Shown here: positions 43,180 through 57,348 of the stretch, piece after piece | Numbering within the stretch: position 1 is the stretch's first letter | How the letters are laid out: every line of letters starts with the position of its first letter | The notes under the pieces: model-generated | Seen by the model: the letters and a program-made list of their open reading frames with translations, nothing else | What the model was told of the DNA's origin: nothing | Databases searched by the model: none | Program-made: the position numbers and the translations under genes | Source: Azolla caroliniana | Taxonomy: Eukaryota; Plantae; Polypodiophyta | DNA: 64,000 nucleotides | Assembly: GCA_043228905.1 (NCBI GenBank) | Contig: JBHGNT010000009.1 | Span: 9,486,001 to 9,550,000 of the forward strand | Direction: 5' to 3'

Positions 43180-44039
43180 ACTATGAGATGTAACAAATGA
43201 ATGTTTTAGGTTGCATTATTCACTGGGTTATGGAAGCTATTATATATTATAACTGTATCCTTTATTTGCAGCAACTGATCCGTTGTGTCCTGAAATATGA
43301 TGTTATTTTCTTGAGCATTCATGTTGCTGACATCTGAACCCAAGGTGCCCCTCAACTTTGTTCATTAGGTTACTTATTTAAAAAAAAAGGTGATCTTGAC
43401 ATCTCAGAGATGAATATTGTTTTTAAATTTCCTTACCAATAAGCGTACCTAATTTTGCTTATTACCTTCCTCGTTTGTCCATTACCTCATACCTTGACAT
43501 CTCGAGTGATGTAAGTTTTATGCCCTATCTTACATGGAAGTTTTAAATTATCCATTACTTGGTAATTGAGCACATGGAAAACATTCCTAGCATAATTCAC
43601 TTTCTATATCCTGGTTGTAATTGTATTCATGCTTTGCTATCGATTTCTTGGGTACAATAGTGTCAATTTTAGGAAAGCATTGTCTATATGTTGTCAGCCT
43701 TGAATTTGTTTTACATTCCAATGGTTCCTATGCATGTAATCAACAACCCTTTCCATGGTCATTTCACTTGGAAGTGGTATTGTTTCCAGGAGGGCGTATG
43801 ACATTTGTTTCTTGAGTTTGAGACTTTTTATAAGAAAACACTAAAAACATTTTCAACTTCTTCCAAGTGGATTTAGGGATGTTACCACTCCATACTTTCA
43901 CCCCGTACAGAAGCATTAATGTTACCAAAATGCGCTATTTTATATAATGCATGGTTTATCTTTATTTTGGTTTTTCACGTGCGTTTTATTTTACAACTAT
44001 TAACACTTAACGAGTATAGTATGCATGCAAAATTCTTTC

Positions 44040-44460
44040 AATGTAGTCGTAAGTTCATGTGTATCTCCTAAATTATTTGCAAAAAGCACCACATCATGTA
44101 CATATAAGAAAACATTTTGACTACAAATCTTTCTTATTTTACTATCTTGGTAGACCATTTGGTCTAACTCATCAATGCATAGGCCATGTAAAATTGTTGA
44201 AAATGGAATTCAGCTTAACACCAATAATTTAATTGACAAAATTTGTAAATTCATCACCCATAAGCAAAAAGCATATAATCTTCTCATAGGTTTGGAAATT
44301 GCTAACATATATTCAAGTGGTATCCATTATCTGTCCATATGTGTCAAAAAATATTCATGAGGGATCATATGAAAAACTTTCTCCAAGTCTATGAAAAAAC
44401 AATATAAACCTTCACCTCTAACATAATTTTCTTCCATTAACACTTGAAGTGGGCCAAGAA
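44040..44460 (-). mobile_element. LINE reverse-transcriptase fragment
   Basis: LYCFFIDLEKVFHMIPH matches the non-LTR RT FIDL.KAFD.V motif; degenerate. Confidence 0.6.
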
Positions 44461-45917
44461 CTCTCTCTCTTTTGGGGTCATCAACATCTTTGCTATGACT
44501 TGTATAGACTTGGGGGAGGCGGTTATGGGAATAGAATTCTTGGCTTGGGGTATTGGTGGGCATTTTCCCCATTGGGTTGCCTTTGTATTGTGTTTAACCA
44601 CTTTGCTTTGATACGGTTGAGGTCAATTGGCTGCACCAAACTCAACCTTTCATACTCTCTAAGGTATGTTGTGTGTGTGTGGTTGTGATGTTCTAGCGAG
44701 TTTGTCATCTTTAGGGGCATTGTGGGAAATGGGCAAAGTCGATTGTGATGTTTTACTTGTTTTTGCCTTGCATGGCTTTTGTTTTTTCCGTGATGTAATT
44801 TTCATCCCCTGCTTGTGTTGTTTGTGAGATATGTGTTGGGCTCAAGTAACCACGTTTGCTTCTACCATCGAGAGGATTACCAATAGTACGTTTTTGTGAA
44901 ATGTTTACTTTTTTTTCTAGGAGGTCTAATACTAGGTGTTTGTTAACTTTTTGGCCCATTCTTTATCCCACATAGTTGGGGGAGGTGGTTTGGGAGTTAT
45001 AAATATGCTCCCATTCCTCTTAGTTTTATATCCTCAATTTTGTATTCTTCTCTCCCAACCTTAATAGAGCATGCTGCTTGGAGGATGTAGGCTTAATTGG
45101 TCGACCCTCGGTAAATTCTGGTGTTTTCTTTCTCCTTCTTACTCTATCTAATAGCTTTATTCTCGGTTATATATTGTTCTTTTGACGCTTCCGCAAAAAT
45201 TGGTGTCCAAGCCAAGGTTCTATCCAAGTATGCTCTATGGTCCCAGCTTTGTCTGTTCTTCCACATCAGAAAAGCATTACTTTGGTCATTTTGAAACCTA
45301 GGGTTGATAGTTTGTAATATTGAATACTATTTATCGAGTTTGTAATGGCATCAAGAGATGAAAAAGTAAAGAATACTGTGTCAAAGATTCCACCGGGCTC
45401 GTCATCATCATGGTCAAGGTTCCTAGTGTCCAGTTCGAAACTGGCGGTAGAAATATTTGATGGTATTGGCCATTTCGGCATGCGTCAAGGGGAAGTTTTA
45501 AACTCTCTTTTTCAATAGGGTCTTGATATTGCTATTGAAGAAGTTAAACTAGAAGAGGTAGAAGATAAAGATTGGAGCATTATTAATCGGTTGGCATGCA
45601 GAACAATTTGGGCGTGCTTGTCTAGAGAGCAGAAGAATGCTTTCAAGAATGAGACTTCTGCACTCAAATTGTGGAAGGCATTGGAGGGAAAATTTCTAAA
45701 AAAAAGTGGTCAGAATAATCTTCACTACAAACCATGTACTACTATGAATGAACACATCACTATGTTTAATCAATTAGTAGCAAACTTGTTGAATTTAGAT
45801 GTTAAATTTGAGGATGAGGATCTAGCTTTGATGTTGTTATCATCTCTTCTTGATGAATTTGAACATTTGGAAACTGCGTTACTTCATGGGAAAGAGGATG
45901 TGTCGTTAGATGCTGTT

Positions 45918-46391
45918 TGTTCTGCTTTATATAGTCATGAATTGAGAAAGTAGGATAAGATGATAACCAAGTCAACGACATCAGAAGAAGCATTGGTGGC
46001 AAGAGGTCGTCAACAAAGCCATGCGAAAGGGAGAAGAGGAAGGTCGAAATCGAAAGGCCAAGGCACTGTCAAAGATGAGTGTGATTTTTGTCATGAGAAA
46101 GGGCACTAGAAGAAAGACTGTTCGAAGTTGAAGAGGAAAGGGAAGAGTCCACAATGTTCTGCTTTATATAGTCATGAATTGAGAAAGTAGGATAAGATGA
46201 TAACCAAGTCAACGACATAAGAAGAAGCATTGGTGGCAAGAGGTCGTCAACAAAGCCATGCGAAAGGGAGAAGAGGAAGGTCGAAATCGAAAGGCCAAGG
46301 CACTGTCAAAGATGAGTGTGATTTCTGTCATGAGAAAGGGCACTGGAAGAAAGACTATCCGAAGTTGAAGAGGAAAGGGAAGAGTCCACAA
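45918..46391 (+). repeat. 237-bp tandem duplication of the gag zinc-knuckle region of element D
   Basis: Near-identical copies at 45918-46154 and 46155-46391. Confidence 0.9.
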
Positions 46392-47239
46392 GATGCAAAT
46401 GTTGTAGAATGCAGTGATGCGGAATTAGATATTTCCTTAGTGGTTATGCCTTTGATGTTAGCACATCCATATGAGTGGATTTTAGATTCAGGCTGTACTT
46501 ATTCGAGAATGGTTCTTTGAATTTCAGGAAGTTGATGGTGGGGTTGTTTACATGGGTAATGATCATCCATGTAAAACAACCAGGATAAGTTTGATCAAGT
46601 TGCGCAATCATGATGGAAACACAAGAATTTTGAGGGATGTATGGTACGTGCCAAAGTTGAAGAATCTCATCTCATTATGGGCTCTTGAATCTAAGGGCCT
46701 AGTTGTGATGATGCGAGATGGAGTTCTTAAGGCAACTTTAGGAGTATTGGTTATGTTGAAAGGCGTAAGGAAGAATAATTAGTACTATTACCAAGGTAAT
46801 ACAGTGGTGGGGACAATGGCAACAACAACTTCAAGTATCAAGAAAGACATTGAAGCAACAAAGTTATGGCATATGCGGTTGGGACATGCTGGTGAATTAT
46901 TTTTGCAAATTCTTGCAAAGCAGGGATTGTTGAAAGGCATGAAGACTTGTAGACTTGATTTTTGTGAGCATTGTGTTATGGGAAAGCAAGGAAGAGTGAG
47001 GTTTGGCATTGGATTCATAATACCAAGGGTATTTTGGATTATGTGCACTCAGATGTGTGGGGACCTACCAAGACTCCATCCATCGGAGGTAGGCATTATT
47101 TTGTAACTTTTGTTGATGATTTTTACAGGAGATTTTGGGTGTATACGATGAAGAACGAGAATGATGTGCTTGGAATTTTCCTTAACTGGAAAGCTCAAGT
47201 TGAAAACCAGATAGGGAGAAAGATCAAGGTTCTCAACTT

Positions 47240-48355
47240 GAACTAATCGAAACAACCTCTTCTTCATAAAGAGCTTATCCTGACCACTTTTTTTTAGAAA
47301 TTTGCCCTCCAATGCCTTCCACAATTTGTGTGCAGAAGTCTCATTCTTGAAAGCATACTTCTGCTCTCTAAACAGGCACGACCGAATTGTTCTCCATGAC
47401 AACCGATTAATGATGCTCCAATATTTATCTTCTACCTCTTCTGGTTTAACTTTGTTGAGAGATCAAGCTCAACTTAATTTAGTTAGTTAGTCAACACATG
47501 TAACTTAGTAGTTACCTAGATAGAATCTAGTTAGTGTGTTGACCAGAAAGCCTTAAATAGGATTTTGTACTCGAGTGGGATACATTGTAGATCCACCACT
47601 CCATGCTCATTTAATATAGGACTTACACGTTGTACCTATATTCTCCTAGCACATGTGCACCCTTGCACATGAAACCTATATATACCTCATTGAAGATATT
47701 TTTGTATTTGATGATAGTTGATGATATTTACCTTTTAATATACTTTATCAGATTCCCCCATCTTGTTTTTGTGTTCATAAGTGTACTTCTCTCTCTCTTC
47801 CTCTCACGCACACATACTCGCACATATCACTTAATCTTCCGCTACGTAATCGCTTAATTTAATCACATAATTAGGTAATAATTATTCCTTAATTAATTAC
47901 CTAATCCTTAACAAACTTCTTCAATAGAAATATCAAGACCCTATTGAAAAAGAGGGTCTAAAACCTCCCCTTGCCGCATGCCGAAATGGCCAATACCATT
48001 AAATATTTCTACCACTAGTTTCGAATTGGACACCGGGAACCTTGACCATGATGATGACGAGCCCGGTGGAATCTTTGAAACAATATTCTTTGCTTTTTCA
48101 TCTCTTGATGCCATTACAAACTCGATAAATAGTATTCAATATTACAAACTATCAACAATCCTAGGTTTTCAAATGACCAAAGTAATTCTTTTCTGATGCG
48201 GAAGATGAGACAATGCTGGGACCACAGAGCATACTCAAACATAACCTTGGCTTGGATACCAATTGTTGCAAAAGCGTCTAAATAATAATATATAACAAAA
48301 AATAAAGCTATGAGATAGAGTAAGAAGGAAAGATAAAACAAAACTAGAATTATAC
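47240..48355 (-). mobile_element. Inverted LTR-end/PBS/gag segment of a D-family copia inside the integrase of D
   Basis: Reverse-complement similarity to ~45120-45720, including PBS TGGTATCCAAGC and NETSAHKLWKALEGKFLKKSGQ. Confidence 0.85.
47453..47913. mobile_element. Solo LTR, 461 bp
   Basis: TGTT...AACA ends with 5-bp TSD AACTT (47448-47452, 47914-47918). Confidence 0.9.
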
Positions 48356-51300
48356 TACGATTTAGGAGGAGGGTACTCTGAAGCAAGTGGAGTTTGAGTA
48401 GACAGTGGTGACTTCAAGGCGAAGCACCACCAATGACTCTCCTATGGGTAGAAGAAGAGTTAGATGAGGAAGAGGTTCTAACCCAAGAACCTCTGCAACA
48501 ATAAGAACCAATTGCAATAAGAAGACAGAGATGAGCAATTCAGAAGCTGCTCGTTGGGTTGACATGGTAGCTTATGCACTTCCAGTTTGTAGATGATAAT
48601 GTTCCATCCACCTACCTAGAGGCCATTCACAGCATAGACAGTGGCAACTAGGCTAGTGCAATGGAAGAAGAGATGCAATCTCTTAAGAAGAACATGACGT
48701 GGAAGTTGGCACAACTACCGAAAGGAGAAATTAATGGCAATTGGGTGCAAATGGGTTTTTGCAAAGAAAGAAGGATTTGCGAGTAAAGAAGAAATTCGCT
48801 ACAAGGCAAGGTTGATGGCTAAAGGCTATGCTCAGAAGGAGGGAATCAATTATAATGAGGTATTTTCTCCACTTGTAAAACATTCCTCCATTAGAATTTT
48901 GTTGGCCTTGGTAGCACAATTGAATTTGGAGGTAGCTCAACTTGATGTGAAGACCACGTTCTTACACGGTGATTTGAAGGAGGAAATTTATATGACTCAA
49001 CCAGAAGGATAGAAGGTAAATGGTAAAGAAGATTGGGTTTCTAAACTTAGCAAATCGTTGTACGAACTAAAACAATCTCCGAGACAGTAGTACAAAGATT
49101 TGACAAGTTCATGAAGGGACAAAAGTAGTGGACTCGAAGCAAATACGATCATTGTGTGTATTTGCGCAATCTTCAAGATAGTTCATAAATCTACTTACTC
49201 TTATATGTTCAGATGATATGTTGATTGCAACAAAGAGTCCAATTGAGATTGATAGGTTAAAGGCTCAAATGAATAAAGAGTTCGAGATGAAGGATTTGGG
49301 GGAAGCTAAGAAGATCCTCACCATGGAGATAAGTGGAGATAGAGATTTTGAGGAATGAATCGTTAATCCACAAGCAAGAATACACTGAAATATTTAACTC
49401 AAAAACATAGTAAAACAGTAAAGATCACAAACTCCACTATGCACACGGTTTTATGTGGAAACCCTAACTAGGAAAACCACAGGAACAGAGATTCCACTAT
49501 ATTGAGAATATACAGGACATAATAGGTTACAACACTCTTTGTACGGCGTCTTGGCGTTCAAAGATTCCTAGCTATGGCGCCCCTTACGCTCACATTTTTT
49601 TGTAGAGCTCTCACCTTGCTATTCTCTGTACATACACAATTCCGTTCTACACACATCTCATGTTTACCCGAGGTGTATTTATACTAATACACAAAATGGG
49701 CTATTTACAATCATGGCCATTATTATTATCTAATAATAATAATAATAATAGTCTTACTAATCAGCCGACTCATTCGTTGACTATCGGGTCAGTTCGACTA
49801 GTCAGCCTGACCATCGACCATCCAGTCGACCCGACTAGCCGGTCGTGTCTTCGACCTCGATCAACTGTCCATGTCGACTCTCTCAGAGTCGAATCCTCGA
49901 CTGTCGGCTCTCTCTGAGCAGTTGGCTCCTCCCACTGGAGGGACATATTCCTAACAAACCCCCCCTTCACTCTAGTGGGGAGCGGTCCGTTATTCCTATC
50001 CTTTGTCGCCAAACTCTAAGTCTGTCCACTGGTAGGTTTTTTGTAATCAAGTCATATCCATTGTCATCAGTATGGATCTTCACAAGGGTAAACTCTCCTT
50101 CCTCCACTTTCTCCTGTAACCAATGATATCTCCTTTGTATATGCTTGGTTCGGGAGTGGTACGTAACATTCTTTGCTAGATGTATGACACTCTACTTGTT
50201 ACAATGAAGCAAGAACTCCCTTTGCTTCATCCCCAACTCATTGAGAAAATTCCTCATCCAAATTAGTTCTTTGCCGGCCTCTACTGTTGCCATATACTCT
50301 GCCTCTGTGGTCGACAAGGGCACAGACTTCTGCAGTTGTGATTGCCACGTCACTACTCCCCTTGCATAGGTCATCACGTACCTTGATGTGGATTGGCTTG
50401 AGTCTACATCCCCCGACATGTCCGAGTCGGTAAACCCTTGAAGCATAGGATTCCCAACACCATACCTAAGGCATACTCTCGAGGTGCCTTTCAAGTACTT
50501 GAGTATCCACTTCACCACCGCCCAATGTTCTCTTCTTGGATTATTCATGTGTCGGCTTACTGTTCCCACAACAAAAGCTATGTCTAGTCTTGTGCAGACC
50601 ATAGCATACATTAGACTGCCGACGACCGAGGCATATGGTACTTTCCTCATCTCATGCTTTTCTTTCTCCCCTCTAGGGCATTGCTTTGCATTTAACTTGC
50701 AGTTAGTCGGTTACACAGAGCCGACCGGCTTTGCTTCCGACATGTTGAATCTTTCTAGGATCTTAGTCACGTTTTTCTCTTGTGACAACCACTGTGCAAC
50801 ACTTTCTTAGTTCTATCTCGAACTATGTGCATCCCTAAGATCCACCTTGCAGGTCCAAGATCTTTCATGGCAAATGACTTGCCTAATGCTTTCTACAAGC
50901 TATCGATCTTCCTTGTATCTTGAACAACTATAAACATGTCATCTACATATAATAAGAGAATCAAGAAGTCACCTTCATCGTACCTTTTGAAGAACACACA
51001 ATGATCCGCCGGTGTTTTCTGAAACCATGTTCCATCGTGAAGGATTCAAACTTCTTGTACCACTGGCGTGGAGCTTGTTTCAGACCATACAAGCTTTTCT
51101 TCACTCGACACACTAGGTTCCCTTTCCCTTTCTCCTCAAAGACTTCGGGCTGTTGCATGTAGATCTCTTCATCTAGTTCCCCATGCAAGAATGATCTCTT
51201 GACATCCAACTGTTCGATCTCTAGGTCCATGCTGGTAGCTATGCTCAAAACAGTTCAGATGGATGTCATTTTCACAATTGGAGCGAAAATCTCGTCGAAG

Positions 51301-51546
51301 TCGGCACCCTTTTTCTGTTGGAACCCCTTCACCACTATGCGTGCTTTATACCTAGGCGCGCTGTCGACTTCTCCAGTCTTCACCTTATAGACCCATTTGT
51401 TCCTGAGTGCTCTCTTACCTTTCAGTAATTCTACTAGGTCGTAGGTGTACTTTTCATGCAAGGAGTCCATCTCATATTGCCTCGCGCTCAACCATTTCTC
51501 TCTCTGCTCGTCGGCAATGGCTTCATATAACACTCTAGTTCACCGT

Positions 51547-52439
51547 TGTCGGGGTAGTTGTGGTTCGTGCGGCTAAGTCAAGGTTTGTGCAACAATGTTA
51601 GAAAGATTAAGGATAGGAAGAACAAGAGTTAGAAGTAATGTGCGAGAGAGAGACGAGCATATATAAGAGACTGAGACAATGTGTCATTGAAGAATTGAAA
51701 TGGTATGATAAGAACAAGCTTTAAATATTAAGAATACAAGATTTTACCAATTGTACAATGTCAATACAAGATACAACATTTCTTCCTTAAACTCTAGATT
51801 CGAATCCTTGACTTTGAAACATGAGGCTCCTCACCAAATGAGCTAACTTCTTTGATTGATGAACTCTTTGATTTCTTACTTCGAAACACGAGCCTCTTCC
51901 CAATGACCTAACTTGTTTGTTTAAATATCTTATTTTCTAAGTTTCTCTTCCTTGGGTCCCTTGTTACTTTCCTTCCCCCTCTTTATATAGTTGTTCTCAT
52001 GCAAATGATAATGTGTGGATGCATAACATGCATGGCATGCATGAAATGCATGTGATGCATGATCGCCATTTGGCGCACATGTGTTACATGTGATGCATGA
52101 TAGCCATCATGCTCATCTAAGCTCCCATGTATGAAAATATATATGGGATAACTGTAATGATGGACATTAAACTTTAAAATAAATAACCTAGCTTAGTGGT
52201 GTATGCTTTGTGTTTGGTATACAAGGTTCAAGTCCTTAAATTTTACTTAATACAATATTTAGGTTTATTCTTATATAGTGAAGCACATTCTTGAGAACAT
52301 TTCTAAAAACAAATAGCCTAGGCTACTGGTATATACATTGTGCTTGGTTTATAACGTTGTGGGTTCAAGTGTTTGAAATATTACTAAATATATTGTATTT
52401 AAGGTTATTTTTATATCGTGAAGCAAATCCTTCACGACA
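51547..52439 (-). mobile_element. Solo LTR F, 893 bp, probably gypsy type
   Basis: TGTCG...CGACA termini and a 4-bp TSD CCGT/CCAT. It interrupts ILLTDHGELECY of element E. TATA-like TATATAAAG on minus near 51990. Confidence 0.8.
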
Positions 52440-52843
52440 CCATGATCAGTCAAGAGGATGTATTGACTGACATATGTTGTTGGCGCTCTCCTTTCTCTGA
52501 GTGGGTATCTCCTTCCACTCGTTGTCGGCTTCAGTTCAGATGTCTCTGCCGACTCTACTCTCGGCTCGGGTTCATATGTGTTGATCGGTCGTCAAGGATT
52601 TGCTGATTCCGGCTCGTAGTCTTCGATCGACTTCCATAGATCTGCCGACTCTGACTCATCCGTATTTGTCAGTTGCTCCGAGTCCACCAATTCGGATTCG
52701 GTAGTGTCGACTAGCTGTCTCCGAACAACCGATTGTGTCGGTTCACTTGGCCTTAAATTGATGGTCGTGGGAGTCGATTGGGAAGTCGATTCTAACTTTT
52801 GCTGCTTCCATTCCTCAAACGTCTTGTCTTCCAAGAAGACTAC

Positions 52844-53474
52844 TGATAGAGAGATGATAGAAAGAAGATAGAAGGAAGATATATAGATCGAAAACCACAA
52901 AGATATATTGATAATGAATAATCATGATGGAAGGAAGAGAGAAAGAAGATACATAAATCCAAGTCTACAAAGATATATGGATAACAACACAACCACACTA
53001 CATGAATAGGCAAGAAAAACACCACAAGAAGTAGACCCTCTTACTACCTTACTCTTCTTGCTTTATATAAAGTTCTCTTCCACTAGATAAGTTTCCCTTG
53101 CTTTCTTTTTTATGCTTTTTTTAGAGTTTTTCATCTCCTATTCTTAGCTATGACACATCGATCTTCTAATCGTCATATCTCCCTCGTCCAAGCTCCAAAT
53201 TTAGAGCTTTAATCTACGGATAGCTCTCTTCACAAGCTTTCTAACCCATATTTGAACATGATATTTGGCTTCCAAAGGAAAGAGTTATAAGCATTTGTTT
53301 CAGACTGTGTTTTGGTGGCTCACTTTTTCTTCTTTTACTTTTCTCCATGTGTCTTGCTTTTTGTTTGACTTATCCTCGGGACCTTGGTTCGTGATCTTAC
53401 CCTCCAGATGTGAACGCACCATACCTTATATTCTTGTAGACTTCAATACCTTGAATTCTAAAAACACTTTCGCA
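52844..53474. mobile_element. Solo LTR, 631 bp
   Basis: TG...CA ends with 5-bp TSD ACTAC. It interrupts the SQDVVF motif of element E. Confidence 0.85.
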
Positions 53475-54945
53475 ACTACGTCTTGACTTCTCACTACTTT
53501 CTTATCGACTACATCCAATAGCCTGTAGCCGAACTAATCTTCTGAGTATCCCATGAATATGCATGGCTTCGACTTACTGTCTAGCTTCAACCTTTGATCC
53601 TTAGGCACATACATATACGCTAAGCATCCGAACACCCTTAGATATCAGTAGGAGACATCCTTTCTTGTCCACACCTTTTGTGGGACATCACCTTTTAATG
53701 GTATTGAAGGAGACATGTTGATTAAATAAACAACCGTGTACATCGCCTCAACCCAGTATATCTTCGGTAGTTTAGCATGCAACAACATGCTCCTTACTCT
53801 CTCCATGATTGTTCAATTCATTCTCTTTGCAAGCCCGTTCAATTCAAGGGTCTTCGGTACTGTGTATTCAATTCGAATACCTTGGGCCTTGCAATATTCC
53901 TCGAAATGCCCTTTATATTCGCCACCATTGTCGGTTCAAACAACCTTTAACTTCCGACATGACTCCCGTTCGGATCTTGCTTGGAACTCCTTGAAGAACG
54001 ATAGTAGTTGATCTTTTGACTTTAGTACGAAAGCCCACAACTTCCGACTGTAGTCATCAATGAAAGTCACAAAGTACTGTCCGCCTCGATGCGACGAAAC
54101 ATCTACATAACACACATCCGTGTGTACTAGTTCCAATGGCACTTCTCTTCTCCTTGGTGGTCTTGAGTGGAATGCTGCTCTGTTCTGCTTTCCAACTAAG
54201 CAGTCAACGCACTTCTCCAAGTGCACTCCCTTTACCTCTGGTAGAAGTTTCTGGTCCGCTAGCAGATAGATGCAAACCCTTCTCACTCATGTGGCCTAGC
54301 CTCTTATGCCATATTTGTCCTACCGAGTCCGCTGCCACGTTCACTTCCGACTTGCACAATCAAGCTTGCATCATATACAGTATGCCTTCTTTTTGTGCTC
54401 GGGCCACTATAAGATTTCCTCGATAGAACTTCCACTTCCCATTTCGGAAGCTACCACTGTAGCATTCTTTGTCCAATCTTCCAATCGATATCAGTTTCAA
54501 TATGATATCGGGGACATGTCGAACATCCTTCAGAGTCAGTCAACACCTTGTAGACGTCGTCAAACAAACACTTCCGACTCCAGCTATCTTGCACTCTCCA
54601 TGATCTCCCATCCTTACATAGCCATGATCCCCGGCCATGTAAGTCGAGAAATACTCTCTTGACAGAGTTATATGGAAAGATGCACTAGAGTCAATCACCC
54701 AAGTGCATTCTTCACTCGCTAGATTTGCACTTGCCTGTTCATAAATGAACATGAGTTCATCATTACTTGTAGCAATGACCGAAGTGCTCTTTTCATCAGG
54801 AATCTTCTTGGGTTCGACATTATTACTGACACTCTTGTCCTTTTTAAGATGTCGACAGTCCTTCTGGAAATGTCTAGGCTTTCCACAATAAAAGCACATG
54901 AGCTTACCTCTAGACTTTGACCTGGTTTGAGACTTTTCTCTCCTT

Positions 54946-55548
54946 TAGCAAAGGGCTCGGTTCGGTTCAGTTTCTTGGCCTTGAAAGCAAACCAAACCAA
55001 ACTGTTTAAAATTTATGAAGCCATTTAAACCGAACTGTTGAACCAAACTGTTTACGAAAAATTTAAAACCAAACCAAACCGGTTTATCATAAGTGAAAAC
55101 TAAAACATTTTTTATTGATATTGATCATCACACTTATTATAAATTTGTGTGAGAAAATCATCATAAATTTATTCATCATACTTATCATAAATTTGATCAT
55201 CATACTTATAATATTTGATCATCATAAATGAAAAGGAGACTCTACATATAATACATATAAAATTTAATAAGTTAAAACTAGAGTTTAAAATTAAAAGTTG
55301 AAAGTTAGAGCCTATAGAGAAAATTTATGAGTATTTTTTAGTCTATAAACCTATAAACCTTTAAATCGAACCACATAAATAGAAACCGATAAACTGCTAA
55401 ACTGGTAAATTCAAAATCAAACCGAACCGAAACCGATTAGTAACATTTGAAACCAAACCAAACCATTTATTTATCTTCAAACCTATAAACCGTTAAGCCA
55501 CAGTTTATTGGTTCGGTTCGGTTCGAGCTGAAACCGGGCCCATTGCTA
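54946..55548. mobile_element. Non-autonomous hAT element, 603 bp, in the gag of element E
   Basis: TIRs TAGCAAAGGGCTCGGTT / TAGCAATGGGCCCGGTT (15/17). 8-bp TSD CTCTCCTT/GTCTCCTT. Subterminal AACCG/CGGTT repeats. Confidence 0.9.
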
Positions 55549-57348
55549 GTCTCCTTGGTGGACTCCTTTGCTGGTTCCTTCCTCTACCGGTGTGTTGAGT
55601 CAAGTTTGACTCTGACTGGACTAGGACACCCTTGTCCTTCCTTTTGCTCTCCTCATTCAAGATACTTGTCTTTATTGCTTGTAGGGACAAGTTCTCTTCC
55701 TGACATGGGGTACTGAGAGTCACCACTAGATTCTCCCAACTGTCTGGCATGGTGCACAATAGTAGGATGGCCTGCATTGCATCTTCAAGGGGAAACTTGG
55801 TTGCAACAAGTTGATTTATATACCCCATGAATGTGTTGATGTGTTCGACGATGCTCTCATCGTTTCTATATTTTAGTTGTACGATCTTTCTCATAAGTGA
55901 GTTTTTATTGAGGGCATTCTTCTTCTCGTATAGACCTCATAGCTTCTACCACATCTCGTGGGTATTTGTGTCATTCGGCACATGCTGAAGGACACTTACA
56001 TCGATGCACTATCGGATGGTGGCCACCACCTTTCTGTTAAGAAGTTTCCATTCCGACTCTAATACCCCGTGGGTATTTTTGCTCCGTCGATTGGCTCATA
56101 CAGGTCTTTGACTATAAGAAGATCCTCCATCTTTATCTTCCCATCTACATAGTTTTGTGAGTTTAAAACTATCATACCTGGGAAACCGCTCACACCTCCT
56201 TCCATGCTTGCACCTCAAGCTTTGATACCAATTTGTTGAGGAACGAATAGTTAATCCATAAGCAAGAATACGCTGAAATACTTAACTTAGAAACACAGTA
56301 AAACAATAAAGATAAAAAACTCCACTCACTGTGCACACGGTTTTACATGGAAACCCCAAGTGGGGAAAACTACGGGAACAGAGATTCCACTATATTGAGA
56401 ATATACAGGCCATAATAGGTTACGACACTCTTTCTACGGAGTGTAACAGCCTCACAGGGCTCTTGACGTTCAAAGCTTCCTAGCTATGGCGCCGCTTACG
56501 CTCACCGTTTTCTCTAGTGCTCTCACCTCGCTATTCTCTGTATATACACAATTTTGTTCTACACACATGTCATATTTTCCCTAGGTGTATTTATACTAAT
56601 ACACAAAATGGGCTATTTAAAGTCATGGTCATTATTATTATCTAATAATAATAATAATAATAATAATAATAGTCTTACTAATCAGCCGACTCATTTGTCG
56701 ACTATCAGATTGGTCTGATTATTAGGCTTGGTCATCGACCATCCGATCGGCCCGACTAGTCAGTTGTGTCTTCGACCTTGATCAACTCTCCATGTCGACT
56801 GCTTGACTATCGGCTCTCATCGGACCAGTCAACTGCTCCCTTGTCTTCGACTGTCGGCTCTCTCCGAGCAGTTGGCTCCTCTCACTAGAGGGACATATTC
56901 CTAACAAGAGAGGGGGACAAACTTTGGCTTTCTCAGAAGCAGTATTTGAAGAGGATACTACAACGTTTTGGTATGTACGATGATACAAAACCTGTAAGTA
57001 CTCTACTTGCTCCTCATTTGAAACTAAGTAGTTGATTATCTCCAACAACTGATAAAGATCGAGAATACATGGTGAAAGTTCTGTATGCAAATGAAGTTGG
57101 AAGCTTGATGTACGAAATGGTGTACAAGACCTGATATTTCACATGCTGTTAATATTGTTAGCAGGTATATGCATGATCCAGAAAAGGGTCATTGGCAAGT
57201 TGTGAAATGGATTTTGCAGTATCTTCAAAATACCTTGGATGTTGGATTGACATTTGAGCAGGATAAATCACTTGGTAAATGCATAGTTGGATATTGTGAT
57301 TCTGATTATGTAGGTGATTTGGATAAGTGATGATCTACAACTTGCTAT

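Larger units (their letters stand above)
49346..56906 (-). mobile_element. Ty1/copia element E, full length but decayed. LTRs 56906-56234 and 49956-49346
   Basis: TSD AGAGA (49341-49345, 56907-56911). PBS TGGTATCAAAGC and PPT GAAGGGGGGG. Gag, CFYCGKPRHFQKDC, WVIDS, integrase, RT and RNase H motifs. Confidence 0.92.
44720..57348 (+). mobile_element. Ty1/copia element D, decayed, host to several nested insertions; left boundary approximate
   Basis: LTR end GCTTCCGCAAAA, then a mutated Met PBS near 45200. Gag, zinc knuckle, WILDSG protease, LWHMRLGH, HSDVWGP and RT (QLDVKTTFLHGDL). RT resumes at 56907 after element E. Confidence 0.85.
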
